Positions 52,611-64,000 of a stretch of 64,000 nt of DNA are shown here, in pieces. Both the position numbers and the translations under genes were made by a program. The DNA is from Saccostrea cucullata (lineage: Eukaryota): positions 62,001 to 126,000 of the forward strand of contig NW_026941375.1 in assembly GCF_032062105.1 (NCBI RefSeq). Reading direction: 5' to 3'. Below the pieces are notes generated by a model that saw nothing but the letters and a program-made list of their open reading frames with translations, made no database searches and was not told the origin of the DNA. Every line of letters starts with the position of its first letter. Within the stretch, counting starts at the first letter, position 1.

Positions 52611-53393
52611 GAGTTGGGGTCTCTTTTGTTCCATCTAAAGTCTTTCCTTGCAATTGCTAGCTAAAGGATTAATGTTTGCTTACTTTATTGTACCGATATG
52701 AAAAAAATTATTGGAATAAATATGATTCTTTTACAAGCATTTTCCTTACATCCTTTGACCTTGGTTAAACAGGTGCTTTTTCATTATCAATTTGACGCTT
52801 TTTTTCTGACGCAACTATTTTACGTCTTAGTTGACGTCATAGTATGGCATCCTTGACGTTATAGTCGTAACGTTATTCAGCGTCGAAAGGGTTAATGTAT
52901 TGACATGATGTAAACGTCCACAAAACAATTATGCCTTTTTCAGGATGACACGAGATGAAAAGTTCAATGTCTGACAAAAAAACAGTTTTAATCAAGTCCC
53001 CACACCCCTTAAATCCCTTAAAGTATACAAATAATGTACATAATTAATATAATTCTACTGACAAAGTGTAGATTTTAAAATTTAAATCACTCTCACATAT
53101 TTTGGACAACACTACTTCCCTCTTCTCCCCATTTGAATGTACTTTTTGTTTATCATATCTTCTAATCTTAAAAGCAAGTACTAAAACAAAATTTCTAGAT
53201 CACTGGAAACATTTTTTTCTTCCATACATCAGTTAACATAATTCAGCACAAATTTAAGTCTAGTGTGTCATCAAAACCATCATCTAAACTTTCAGAGGAA
53301 TCCTCTGATTGACTATTGTCTGAATTGCCACAACTACAAAGTTTGTCACACACATCACAGCATGTATGTTTTCCAGTTTCCTTTTTAAGTTCA

Positions 53394-53812
53394 TTATACT
53401 CCCCGCTTGAAAAGTGGGAGGGTATATAGTAATCGGGATTTCCGTCCGTCTGTACGTCCGTCTGTACGTCCGTCCGTCCGTCTGTTACGCTTTATCTCTT
53501 ATCCGCAACTCCTCTTATACTATTGAGTGAAATTTAATGAAACTTTCCCAGAATCTTTATTACATATTGCCATTGTACACCTCCTATTTTACTTTTTTAT
53601 TCGACTCGTATTTTAGGTTTCCCATAGCAAAACATGGACATTGCCATTATATGTTTACCTATGACGTCACATATAGAAGCTTCAGGATAACATTTGATAG
53701 AACGAGTTATTCCTCTTTACATTACCGTAAAAGAATATATAGCAACACATGGACATTATGGGAGGCGGGGGGTATCATTTAGTGAGCTCATTGCTCACAG
53801 TACATCTAGTTT
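53394..53812 (+). mobile_element. Short HINE-like element inserted in the helicase C-terminal exon
   Basis: ccccgcttgaaaagtgggaggg, (gtcc)n, and end gtgagctcattgctcacagtacatctagtt. Confidence 0.85.
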
Positions 53813-55080
53813 AAATCAGGTTCCCTCAAGCTTGCGTAGATGATAAGTATTAAGTAAAATAAGGGCAACTGATGGATCTCCACTTCTACCAATGCGCCCT
53901 ATTTCTTGCACTAAATCTACCATGTTTTCTGGTAATCCAAACAGAATTACATTGCTGCAGTTGGACACATCAATACCCATCCTTAAAGCACTAGTAAATA
54001 ATTACTCTTGTACATGATGTGACATTGCTATCACTTACACAATTTACAATCTCAGTTTTTCGGGTAAGAAGTGTTTCAGATTGAAACATTTCAATAAGGG
54101 AGTGATTTGAACTGTCCAACTCCTTTATCAGATAAGTGTAAAGTTTCGGTACATCATTAATACTGCTACAGTATAATAAAGTCTTGGGGAAGTCATTTAA
54201 CAATTGCCTGATTCTATCCACCATCCAGGACATGGCCATTTCAATGTCACTGGATATTTTAAACACAGAGTATTTGATGTTGCTTTTATTTGGAGACATA
54301 ACTATTTGCACTGTGTTTGGACCTAAAGACAACTCTTTTCTCAATTTTAACTGTGGAAGTAGGACTCAGTGCAACAACACTTGCTCTAGGAAACAATGAT
54401 TTTAATTCTCCAATGTCAGAGAACCACTTCCTAAATGCTTGTTTCTTCAAACCAGTTTGGTCTTCACCACTTCAAATAAAATACTTATATTATCTGACTG
54501 GTACATGAAGTTTAGTGTAATTTTTTTTTACTTTTGGGATAATGTGGTACATTAATGCAGTTCAACATGTTCGATGTTTATACAAAAATTACCATGTTGC
54601 AATTGTATGAAATTCGTCGATTACTATGGTGTGTACATTTCATTTCTTCATATCTTCCTCCAGGCTGTATTACTTATTAGAGATTCTGGAGATGAATAAA
54701 TGAGGTCTATTTCACCATTTAATATCTGCGTGTCTCTTTCTTCATATGAACCTGAGAGAGAAAAAAGAAGACCTTGTTTATCATTTTATCATTACACCAA
54801 TAATCGCTATCAAAACGTGTACAACGCATAACAGAAGCCCCTTACCTTTGTACGCTACTGAAAGGTTTATATCGGGCACAGCTGATACTTTTTTTCACTT
54901 GATCTTGCATAAGAGCAACCAAAGGACAACAAACTATTATCACACCGCTGAATCCATGGTTCGTCTCAAGCATAAGAGGTATAAACATTTGGAAAGGTAG
55001 CGATTTACCAAAACCCGTTGGCAGAATTGCCGTGCAGTCTTTTCCTTCAATCATAGCATTTAATATGCTTTGTTGTTCTA

Positions 55081-56514
55081 TTTAGGTCATCTGAGTCACT
55101 CAGGTGAGCTAGTGCTATCCGTTTTCGTCCGGTGTCGTGCGTCGTGTGTTAACATTTGAACATTTTCAGCTTCTTCTCTGAAACCACTGAACCAATTTCA
55201 ACCAAATTTGATATACAGCATCTATGGGTAAAAGGGAACAAAAATTGTGAATTTTATGGTCCCCGCCCCCTGGGGCCTCAGGGGTGGGGCCAAAACCACT
55301 AAAATTAATGAAATCTTTTAAAAAAAACTTTTTTACTCCTGGATATCAAGCAGACAAACTGTTGGCATGAATATAATGAGCATTGAGTCCTCTACCAAAA
55401 CTGTGAAATTCATGGCCCCAGGGTCAGGGGCTCTAGTGCTAGGGCGGGGCCAAATAGATTATTTAGTGAATATGCATTATTTCTTTGAAAATCTTCTCTG
55501 CTCCTGGGTATTAAATGAATTAACTAAGTATATAGTTCTGATGAGCAAGAGTACCTCTTCGAAAATTGTGAAATTTATGGCCCCAGGGTCAGGGGTTCTG
55601 GTGTTAGGGCGGGGCTCTATTGATAATAAAGTGAAAATACATACATTCTTTGAAAATCTTCTTCTCTATTCAAGGGTATTAAATAAACTAAGTATAAAAT
55701 TATAATGAGCAAGAGTACCTCTTCCAAAATTGTGAAGTTTATGGCCCCAGGGTCAGGGGTTCTAGTGTAAAGGGGGGGGGGGCTTTTTGATTATAAAGTG
55801 AAAATACATAAATTTCATTGAAAATAGTCTTCTCTGATCCTGTGTATTAAATAAACTAACTTAGTTTATAGTTATAATGAGCAACAGTGCCTCAACTAAA
55901 ATTGTGAATTTCCTGGCCCCTGGGTCAGGGGTTTTGCCAGTTGGTGTAAGGGGGGGGGGGGGGTCTTTTTATTATATAGTGAATATACCTGAATCCTTTG
56001 AAAATCTTTTTCCTTTTCTCCTATGTATTATGCCAGTGATCTAGGTTTATATATTTATGACGAAGAAAGGTGCATCTAGCAAAATGGTTAATTTCATGCC
56101 CCCTTAGTAAGGGGTAGGGGGGGGGGCGGGTGTTACATAGTCTGAAAATAAATTAATGCTTTGAAATCTTGAAATCTGCTCTTTGGTATTAATCAACCAT
56201 TTATGATGAAATAAGATTTATGATAAAATTTTCCAAATTTTTAAATATGTGGCCCCAGGGTCTGTGGTTCCTGTTGGGTGGGGTTCACAACTGGTTATAA
56301 AGTGGAGGTGCATTTTCTCTTTCTTACTCAGATCTACCTCTGGGTATTAAGTAACTAGAGTAAGCATGCTAAGTGTATAATTATAATACGCAATCGTGCC
56401 TCTTTCAAAATTGTGAATTTCATGGCCTGTGGTTTAAAACACGAACCAAATGCAATTGTTGGAAAGTTGTTACATGATACTCAGGTGACCTATAAGGCCC
56501 AAGGGCCTCTTGTT
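55081..56514 (+). mobile_element. Complete HINE-like element (~168-bp array) inserted in a T-run of helicase exon 1
   Basis: tttaggtcatctgagtcactcaggtgag...tactcaggtgacctataaggcccaagggcctcttgtt; removing it restores the helicase frame. Confidence 0.9.
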
Positions 56515-57214
56515 TAAAAGTACTGACACAGAAATGATGTAAATTTTTGTCCAAAGCTTGAACGTCCGCCATTTTTCAAGTAATATCGAATACTTCATGC
56601 AAGAATAGCCACGATTTGTTATTATAGACGCATTTGATTGGTCGACCCTACATGTACGTCACCAAAGTTCATTCTGACGTGACCCTTAATGGGATGTCTT
56701 CAGATCTTTGTACAGCGACCATCAGAAATTCGGAGCGTAACAAAGATCTGATTTTAATCAGATTGGTATTGGACCTGTATAAGAAGCAGATCGCTAATCA
56801 GTTCAATGTATTTCATTGTTAAGATCCGACGAGTGTAGACGTTTTCTTTTTACACTGCGTGCTACTCAATCTCGATGAAATTATCAAATTTACGTATTTT
56901 TTTCCAAAACAGAACAAAAGTATCATGAAAAATGCAGGTCAATACATTATTTACAAAAAGAAAAAGCACATTAAAACAAGAAATAAACGCAAGAAAAATC
57001 TAAGACCACGAAAGGAGTACTATATGTATGCCACAAGTTTCAAGTGTGCAATCGGGTGTAACGAAATCTTACGGTTTATATACCCGTCTTACGGTGCATA
57101 TTTATGAGAAGTTTCAGCTTTAATAAGTTATAATTGTATATATATATGGGTTTCAACAGATGTTTCAATCATAACAATGTGAAAAAATTAATTTCCATTC
57201 AGGTCATTTTGAAG

Positions 57215-57410
57215 CAATAGGAAAATCTTTAAAAATCTTCTCAATAACGACAAAGCCATGATTGGTCATACATTTATATATATAGAAGCATCCTCAGGTA
57301 ATGTAGGCTCAAATTTGTTCAAATCATGACCCTCGGGGGTAAGGCAGGGCCACAATGTACGATCAAAGTTTAACATAGGTATATATAGGAAAAATCTACT
57401 CAATAACAAC
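57215..57410 (+). repeat. Fragment of the ~150-bp satellite family
   Basis: aggaaaatcttt..gaagcatcct..aatcatgaccc..gggccacaa resembles 11476-11920. Confidence 0.6.
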
Positions 57411-58217
57411 ACGATGATCACTGCATGTTGTCAAATAATTTGGTAATTTTACGCATTGCACACACGTGCATGCATGTCCTTGCATTCAAGTTTGATAGTA
57501 GCATAATGTAGGAAAACATTATACCTATTCATATCCTAAATTTCATCCTGTTTTGTTGAAAACCAAGAAAGTTTTCGGTATTTAAAGTTTTAGCCAATCA
57601 AATTGCAGCTCACGTGCTTGCGCGTGTTTTCATGATAATTCTCAAATATCATGCTGTTGAACCTCCTAATGTATGACTGTATTTCAAAGTATTTTGTCAA
57701 AAAACTAGAAAGATACTAAGACTTTTGTTTCAGCCAATCAGACTTCATGATATTTTGACCATGTCATCATGTCTACACTACTAATATATCCTAATATTAT
57801 GAGTTTCAAAGCATTTTATAAAAAAAAAGTTACGGCTATATCAACTATATTGGTCAATTCACGGGTTACTCGAATAACATTCGTTCCGCAAATCTACATA
57901 ACATGCCTAGTTACCATAAAAAGGTTACACCTAGATCGGGTGAGGAGTAGTTTACGAGATCACTCGCGGACAAAGAAGTACCCAGGAAGAAGAAAAATAA
58001 GAAGAAAGTAAAAATAAATATGTTTGGGTGGGTAACATAATATCTGGTCTAAGTCCTATGAGCTATGGGTATAAGTTGATAACCACCTGTAAAATTAAAT
58101 CAAAGTTTCTCTTAAATACATTTGATGTAATGAGCCTTACAAAAAAAGACAATTCGAGATATCGCAGGGAAAAGAGTGTTACAGAAAGACAGAAACACAA
58201 ATCAACATTGAAAGCGA

Positions 58218-58481
58218 TTGATTGATTGTATAATGTTTACCATCCCTCTTGAGAATTTTTCACTTATATGGAGACTCCACTACTTGCCTGTGTAAAACTG
58301 CAAATTTTGTCCTATACTCGGCGACATTGAGCAGGGAGGGATCTTTTTCGTGCCAGCACCTACTGCGACACGTGACCTCGGTTTATATACGGTCTCATCC
58401 GAAGGACCGATCTCCACGTCCCGCAGTGGGATTCGAACCCGCGACGTAAGGATTGACTTCTTCTATAACCACTGTGCCACG
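58218..58481 (-). mobile_element. tRNA-derived SINE with 12-bp TSD
   Basis: cattgaaagcga at 58206-58217 and 58482-58493; (ttga)n tail; reverse B-box gggattcgaaccc. Confidence 0.9.
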
Positions 58482-58513
58482 CATTGAAAGCGAGAGACAA
58501 TACTAATGATGAA

Positions 58514-61500
58514 AAAAGAAAGACCCTCTGTTAAAAAGTAATTATAGACCTGTTAGTATTTTACCAACCGTGTCAAAGGTTTTTAAAAAGGTTTTATGTG
58601 TACAACTTTCTGACTATTTTGATGGTATTTTTAACAACGCACTTTGTGCATTTAGAAAAGGTCATGGATGCCAAACTACACTACTGCGACTCCTTGAAGA
58701 CTGGAAAATGGCTTTAGATCAGAACTTACATGTCGCTGCTATTTTAATGGACCTCTCTAAGGCTTTTGATTGTTTGCCTCATGACATACTGTTAAGTAAA
58801 CTCTCTGCTTATGGTTTATCTCCAAATTCTGTCTCCATTCTAGGAAGCTATTTGTCTGAGCGCTTTCAGCAAGTGAAACTTCAGGGAGTTGTCAGTTGTT
58901 GGGTTGGTATTAAAAAGGGAGTACCACAAGGTTCCATCCTAGGACCACTACTCTTCAATGTTTTTATTAATGACATTTTTTATTTCATTAAGAATGGGTC
59001 TTTATATAATTATGCAGATGATAATACTTTAGCATACTGGCATAAGGATTTTGACACTCTGATAAATACTTTACAAGATGAAATTTCTGTATTATTGAAA
59101 TGGTTTAAAGAAAACTGTATGCAAGCCAATCCATCTAAATTTCAGGCAGTTGCCTTGGGTAAGAAAACTTTTGATAAGAACCCTGTCACCCCTACTAATG
59201 TGTTCGGAACCTTTTATTTTTCGGTGTTCTGCAAATTATGAAACCCGATGAGTTCAGAGTAGCTCTGGCAGTGGCTCTGGCGAGAGTTAGCGAGACTTCA
59301 GCGAGATAGGGTAAATTATTCACGGAAATGTGCCTAGGAAGTGACTAGCACGTGGAGGCATGGTAAACAGAAAAGTTATGTTGCGTTTCAGTGTTCACCA
59401 CCCCTAGAATCAGCTGATAATGTATGTAGATATGTATTTCAATCAATCGATCTCTTTTACACTCATTCAAACTTAAATAAGTATTCTCTATAATACAATT
59501 TTCTGCAGTCATGAATTAAAAATTTCTTTTTGGACAAATATTTTTGCATGGGAACCGGGACTATATTTTTTGGCGTCAGATTAGAAAATGAGGCACCAGC
59601 ATGGTTTTAACTGACCAATCAACTGAATGAGTATTGCATTATGGGTTACTACGAATACTACAGGAATTTTACGCTTGAAATAACAAAAAAATCTTATTGT
59701 AAATGAAAAGCATTTTTTAAAATATTATTTTCAAGATCATCATGACAAACAATTCATTTATTAAATAAACGGCGGAAGTCTAGGTTTCTGAAATCATACT
59801 GCAAAAGCGATTTGCGTCAGTATTAATTCCTTTGTTGTACTATCGGTGAATACAATTGCCAGGTGAATTCCCTGATCAAACACGTGATCACGAACGTAAA
59901 CAAAGTTTTGTCCATTTAAATGCATAAGAGAAGTTGTTCGTTTTCCTTACCCTTGAAGCGCTGGTGTTCTGAACTAGACACAAACTAGAATGTACATCTT
60001 ATTAAACATTTTACCATTTAACAAAAAATCAAAAACGCCTGTAACATCTTTCATAGTTTCTTATCCTTGTATTTTGTTCGTAAGAATATTTTTTTCATTT
60101 TGCAGTCCATTAACATAGATTGGCGTGAACTACGTGTTCGAAGTTAAAATGTAAACATGTATTTGGCGTTAACATTGCTATTCATTCAACGATTGGCCAG
60201 TTGCTCGTGATAAGATCCCCTGTGCGCATTTATATCAATAACCATATAAGGCAAGCAAAGGTTTGTCAGTGTAGATGATAATGCACATTTTTACCAGCGC
60301 ATCGATCACTAGTGAGCTCTAATTTCGCCGAAAAGTATAAGAAATATTATTATTTTAACATCCCCTCCTTTAGCCACCTTTTTCTGTTGAAAATCATGAA
60401 AGTCTTTCAGAAAGGTCTGGAAACATTTGTTACAGGACATGTTTTCAAAAGAAACAGGCTATAGCAATATCGTGTTTACTGCCAATTTTATTTATAAAAC
60501 CGGTTCTACCCTATAACCTTTGAATAGATCAACCTAAACCACGTGTCTTGAATTTAAATCACAATAACATTAGTAGGGGTGCCTGTATTTAAAATTGATG
60601 GTGCAGAGATTTTGTGTAAGGAGACTGTCAAATTATTGGGAATTGATATTGATTTTATGCTCAAATTTGATGTCCATATTAGTAGTATCTGTAAAAAAGC
60701 TGCCCAACAATTAAATGTGTTAAAACGCATTGGCTCAGTATTAACTCGGGCAAAACAAAATTACAATATTTTATAGTTTATTTTGTCAAATTTTAATTTT
60801 TGTTCATTTTGTATGGCACTTCTGCTCCAAGAAAAATACTAGAAAAATTGAGAAAATTCAAGAAAGAGCTTTACGTTTTATTTATGAAGATTTGGAGAGT
60901 AGCTATGAGTCATTACTACTTAAGGCAAAATTACCATCATTAGAGATTAGAAGAATGCGTAGCATGGCTCTGGAATGTTTTAAGATTTTACATGACCTTT
61001 CTCCTAGATGTCTATCAGACTTAGTGAGTTTTAAGAAAGTGACATACAATTTTAGATATTTAAACATTTTAGAAATACCAAAAGTGAGAACTACATCATA
61101 TGGTAAAATGTCTTTTAGATATACAGCACCAGTTTTACGGAACTCCTTACCTGAACATTTTAAATGTCAAACCAATTTTTTACAGTTCAAATCTATGATT
61201 GCCTCTTGGAGCGGTAAGGACTGTGAGTGTACAGCCTGCTCCACTAGGTAAGTTGTGTCCTTTTGTTTGTGTGTCTGTGCATGTGTGTCAATTTTTTTCT
61301 GTTATGTTCTTTTTATGTTTCTGTCGATGTACTGCTTGCATGTTTGTAATGTTGTGACTTGTATATCTTGTTGCTTTCTCTATGCATCCGTGCTGTATTG
61401 TTTATGTGTCTGTACATGTGTGTTTTATATGTATCTTTACCTGATGATGTCCTTTAAATTGGACTGTGTGCTGTACTGTTGCAAGTAATTCTCTGTTTAT

Positions 61501-61625
61501 ATAGTGCTGCATGTTTTCATTGTTTTACTGTTATGTATATGTTAAACATGTCAGTCAAAAGCTCATTAGAGCTTGTGTTATTTTTTAACTACCATACTGA
61601 CTTTAAATAAAGCTTATCTTATTTT
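58514..61625 (+). mobile_element. 5'-truncated CR1/L2-group LINE (RT), interrupted by a CAC-ended element
   Basis: NYRPVSIL, DLSKAFD, GVPQGSILGP, YADD, QANPSKFQ, VKLLGI; aataaa followed by a cttat tail. Confidence 0.93.
59187..60581. mobile_element. 1395-bp non-autonomous DNA transposon with CAC...GTG ends and 5-bp TSD (Transib/RAG-like signature)
   Basis: Perfect 15-bp TIR cacccctactaatgt / acattagtaggggtg; TSD cctgt at 59182-59186 and 60582-60586; excision restores the LINE frame KNPVFKIDGA. Confidence 0.88.
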
Positions 61626-62637
61626 ATGAACGGATACACTTTCCATGCAATCTTTGAACATAACATGGTCAAAGAAATATATAAGACATACATGTACTAT
61701 GTAAATCCATAACACTACAGTTCTGCAGTTAATAGGGAAGAAAACAAAATCCACAGGACCATATAACACAGGAAACACTTTTATCTCTATGATGCAGCTT
61801 TAAAGTTGAAAAAATTACTGAAAAGTTTGGGGAAAGAATGAAAGGTACCCCTTTCTTATCGTCTCAAGCCACGGTTCGGAGTCCGTATATAACTCTCTCC
61901 TACATGGGAAGAATCTACTTTACTTTTTACAATCTCTTGAGTTACGTGCCCGTAAACCAGTGGTGATCAAATGTAAACTTCAGCTTTATAGACCTTAGTC
62001 CAGTGTTGAAAAATGCCTTCTAGGGCCAATAGTCGTGCATTGTTTCCTTTGTCTTTTATCTTCCTTTTCGAAGTTAAATTTAACCTCCTCTTTAGGCCTT
62101 TACGCTTGACCTAGTTTGATAAAAGTTTCCTAATGTTTTTACATTGACGATATACATTTTAATAGCAGCTTTCATCATATTCCATCGAATGTTCAAAATA
62201 TTTTATCCTTGACATTCTCTAGCATACGTAACACTTCCCCTTTGAGATAAGATTCTTTTAATCTATATTAGACATTCACCCGTGTAAGCACAGTTAAATG
62301 AAGTTATGAATAAATTCGCGTAATGATTCATAAAAGTCAATATAGTAATTTTCAGCAGTTATGCCCAAAGAAATTAATTATTACACTGTAATTGAAATAT
62401 AGGGAAAATAGGAGGAAGAATTCATAAATGTGTATGCATGTGTACTAGACTAGTATATTACACACTACAGTGACGAAATTACACATGCGTTTATTTGGAG
62501 TTACGGAAAATAATATTGCACAAGTACTTAATCTTGCTTTTATTTTTTATTTATTTATTTATTTTTTTTTTTTAATCCCCCTTTATAAGATTAAAAGAAT
62601 CGTGCAGTTATTCAATATCTGATAGATACCATTTGGT

Positions 62638-62928
62638 AGCCCGCATGGCGCAGTGGTTAGAGCGTCTGCTGTAAGTCGTGAAGTAAGGAGTTGATCCGTA
62701 CGTAGCGGATTCAATCCCACTGTGAGTAGTGGAGACCGGTCCTTCGGATGAGACCGTATAAATTGAGTTCCCGTATCGCAATAGGTGCTAGCACGAAAAA
62801 TATCCCTCACTGCTCAAATGGCCGTAGATGCCGAGTATATGACAAAAATTGCAGCTCCCACCGGCAAGTGGTGACGTCTCATATGATGGAAAAAATCTCG
62901 AGGGGGACATTGCATAACATACGAACAA
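62638..62928 (+). mobile_element. Full-length tRNA-derived SINE
   Basis: A-box tggcgcagtggttagagc, degenerate B-box ggattcaatccc, family body and A/C-rich tail. Confidence 0.85.
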
Positions 62929-64000
62929 ATTTAAATACCGTTGTCTTAAGTCAATAAACGATGCAAGCTACCTGCATAGATTTCTTGAACAACGGCTGTT
63001 CCATCATATATGAATACAATGTTCTACCAACGTTAAGTTTTAATTGATATAAACAATAAAACGTCTTTCTCGGTTGTTAACGTCGCAGCTATTTCATTTC
63101 CGTACTAACAATTGCAACCACAGAAAGCATTTAATTGTATAAATTATGGCATTTTGATTTTTGCCAGATCCAAGGCAAGCCATCGGATATCTGTTTTGTT
63201 TTTCTCTTTTACTAATAAATTAATTACGCGTATTGTGCAACTTTCCGTGTTTGCGACAATGACAATACAGTTTTGGTATAAATTTCGTTCATCGCAAAAC
63301 AAAAATATAAAGAAGCCCATTTTAAATTACTAGATAATGCAAGTATGTAGGAAACAAATTGCCCATGAGAAGAGATCCCTCTGTATAATAACAGCCTAGT
63401 ATTAATTATCTTAACGACTAGTGTTAACATTGTTCAAAAGTGTTGACGTGTGTTCAAAAGACTCGTGATTATCCTTTCAGCAAGTCTAAGTCACAGAACA
63501 GAGAAACATCTCTCGAATATAAACATTTGTTATATCTCGCAGGAATTTTATATTTCGAAGTCCCTTAAATGTACAGAGTCTTTCAGTTATGGTGTTGCAA
63601 TTGTTGGGGATATTTCCGCTAAATCCAAAATAATTCTTATCATTTTGATTTTCAAGCTCATAATTGTTATCAGGCAGATTCACCGAAGTCGTCATTTAAA
63701 ACACTGTTTTCCACATATTTAGCAGTGAGAAAACACCAGACGATAACAGGTTCTTCGATTTATTGAAAATTAGATCACGTCATTATTGCAATTAATGAAA
63801 ACTTTTCATTTGACGTTATCGCATAGCCGTTGAATTTTAGCGATAAGTTGTTCGTTTATAGCGCTGAAAATTGAAACGCACCCAGATTTCTAAAAGCATA
63901 ATTATGATACAATCATCCGATCACATTGTCCCTGCTTATCTTCTTTTCTACCTGTGGTGACTTTAAATTCAATATTACTTAATTAACAAGCACAATATAA

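Larger units (their letters stand above)
53243..56572 (-). pseudogene. Spliced RecQ-like SF2 helicase pseudogene (AcademH helicase)
   Basis: ATG at 56572: MADVQALDKNLHHFCVSTFK|HINE insert|IEQQSILNAMIEGKDCTAILPTGFGKS (motif I), CPLVALMQDQ, SPESL, IVIDEFH (motif II), AFRKWF, TSALRMGID, QEIGRIGRSG (motif VI), CCDVC, acidic tail, TGA at 53243. GT-AG introns at about 54752-54845 and 54471-54592. Confidence 0.9.
43110..56765. mobile_element. AcademH-type DNA transposon (transposase plus convergent RecQ-like helicase), left end missing, heavily nested
   Basis: Both diagnostic genes in tail-to-tail orientation; hairpin-rich candidate terminus ..aaagatctgattttaatcagattg at 56765, about 190 bp upstream of the helicase ATG. 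Confidence 0.7.

Noticed and set aside
53243-56572. Host RecQ/BLM/WRN gene
   Set aside because: Minimal helicase core only, with stops, frameshifts and insertions, and paired with a transposase; fits AcademH.
59187-60581. Canonical 12/23 RSS, or RAG1/RAG2 coding sequence
   Set aside because: No ACAAAAACC-like nonamer at 12 or 23 bp from either end, and no recognisable RAG ORF.
61255-61488. Cys-rich 77-aa ORF
   Set aside because: TG-rich 3' UTR of the LINE.
62638-62730. Functional tRNA genes (also 12314, 23914 and 58420)
   Set aside because: The anticodon stem does not pair, and each head is fused to a common SINE body and tail.

Overview
AT-rich, intron-containing animal genomic DNA. The repeat families suggest an oyster-like bivalve (inference). 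Only one probable host gene is present: the 3' end of a very acidic D/E/N/S/K-rich protein (window start to 1364). The rest is mostly nested, decayed mobile DNA. It includes three CR1/L2-type LINE fragments, a BEL/Pao fragment, and a Gypsy-type LTR with PBS that is split by a full-length degenerate Ngaro (tyrosine-recombinase) retrotransposon with split direct repeats. There is also a PIF/Harbinger-ISL2EU-type transposase remnant, an Academ-like element with TIRs, and a reconstructable AcademH-type element (spliced DUF6589-like transposase on +, convergent RecQ-like helicase on -). A 1.4-kb non-autonomous element with CAC...GTG ends and a 5-bp TSD (Transib/RAG-like signature) sits inside a LINE. 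Many Helentron-associated (HINE) satellite-bearing elements, tRNA-derived SINEs and MITEs fill the gaps. No intact novel multi-gene system is supportable. The best leads are the AcademH reconstruction, the Transib/RAG-like insertion, the Ngaro element with an extra cassette, and the acidic protein. Family calls come from manual motif recognition, not database searches, and coordinates were counted by hand.
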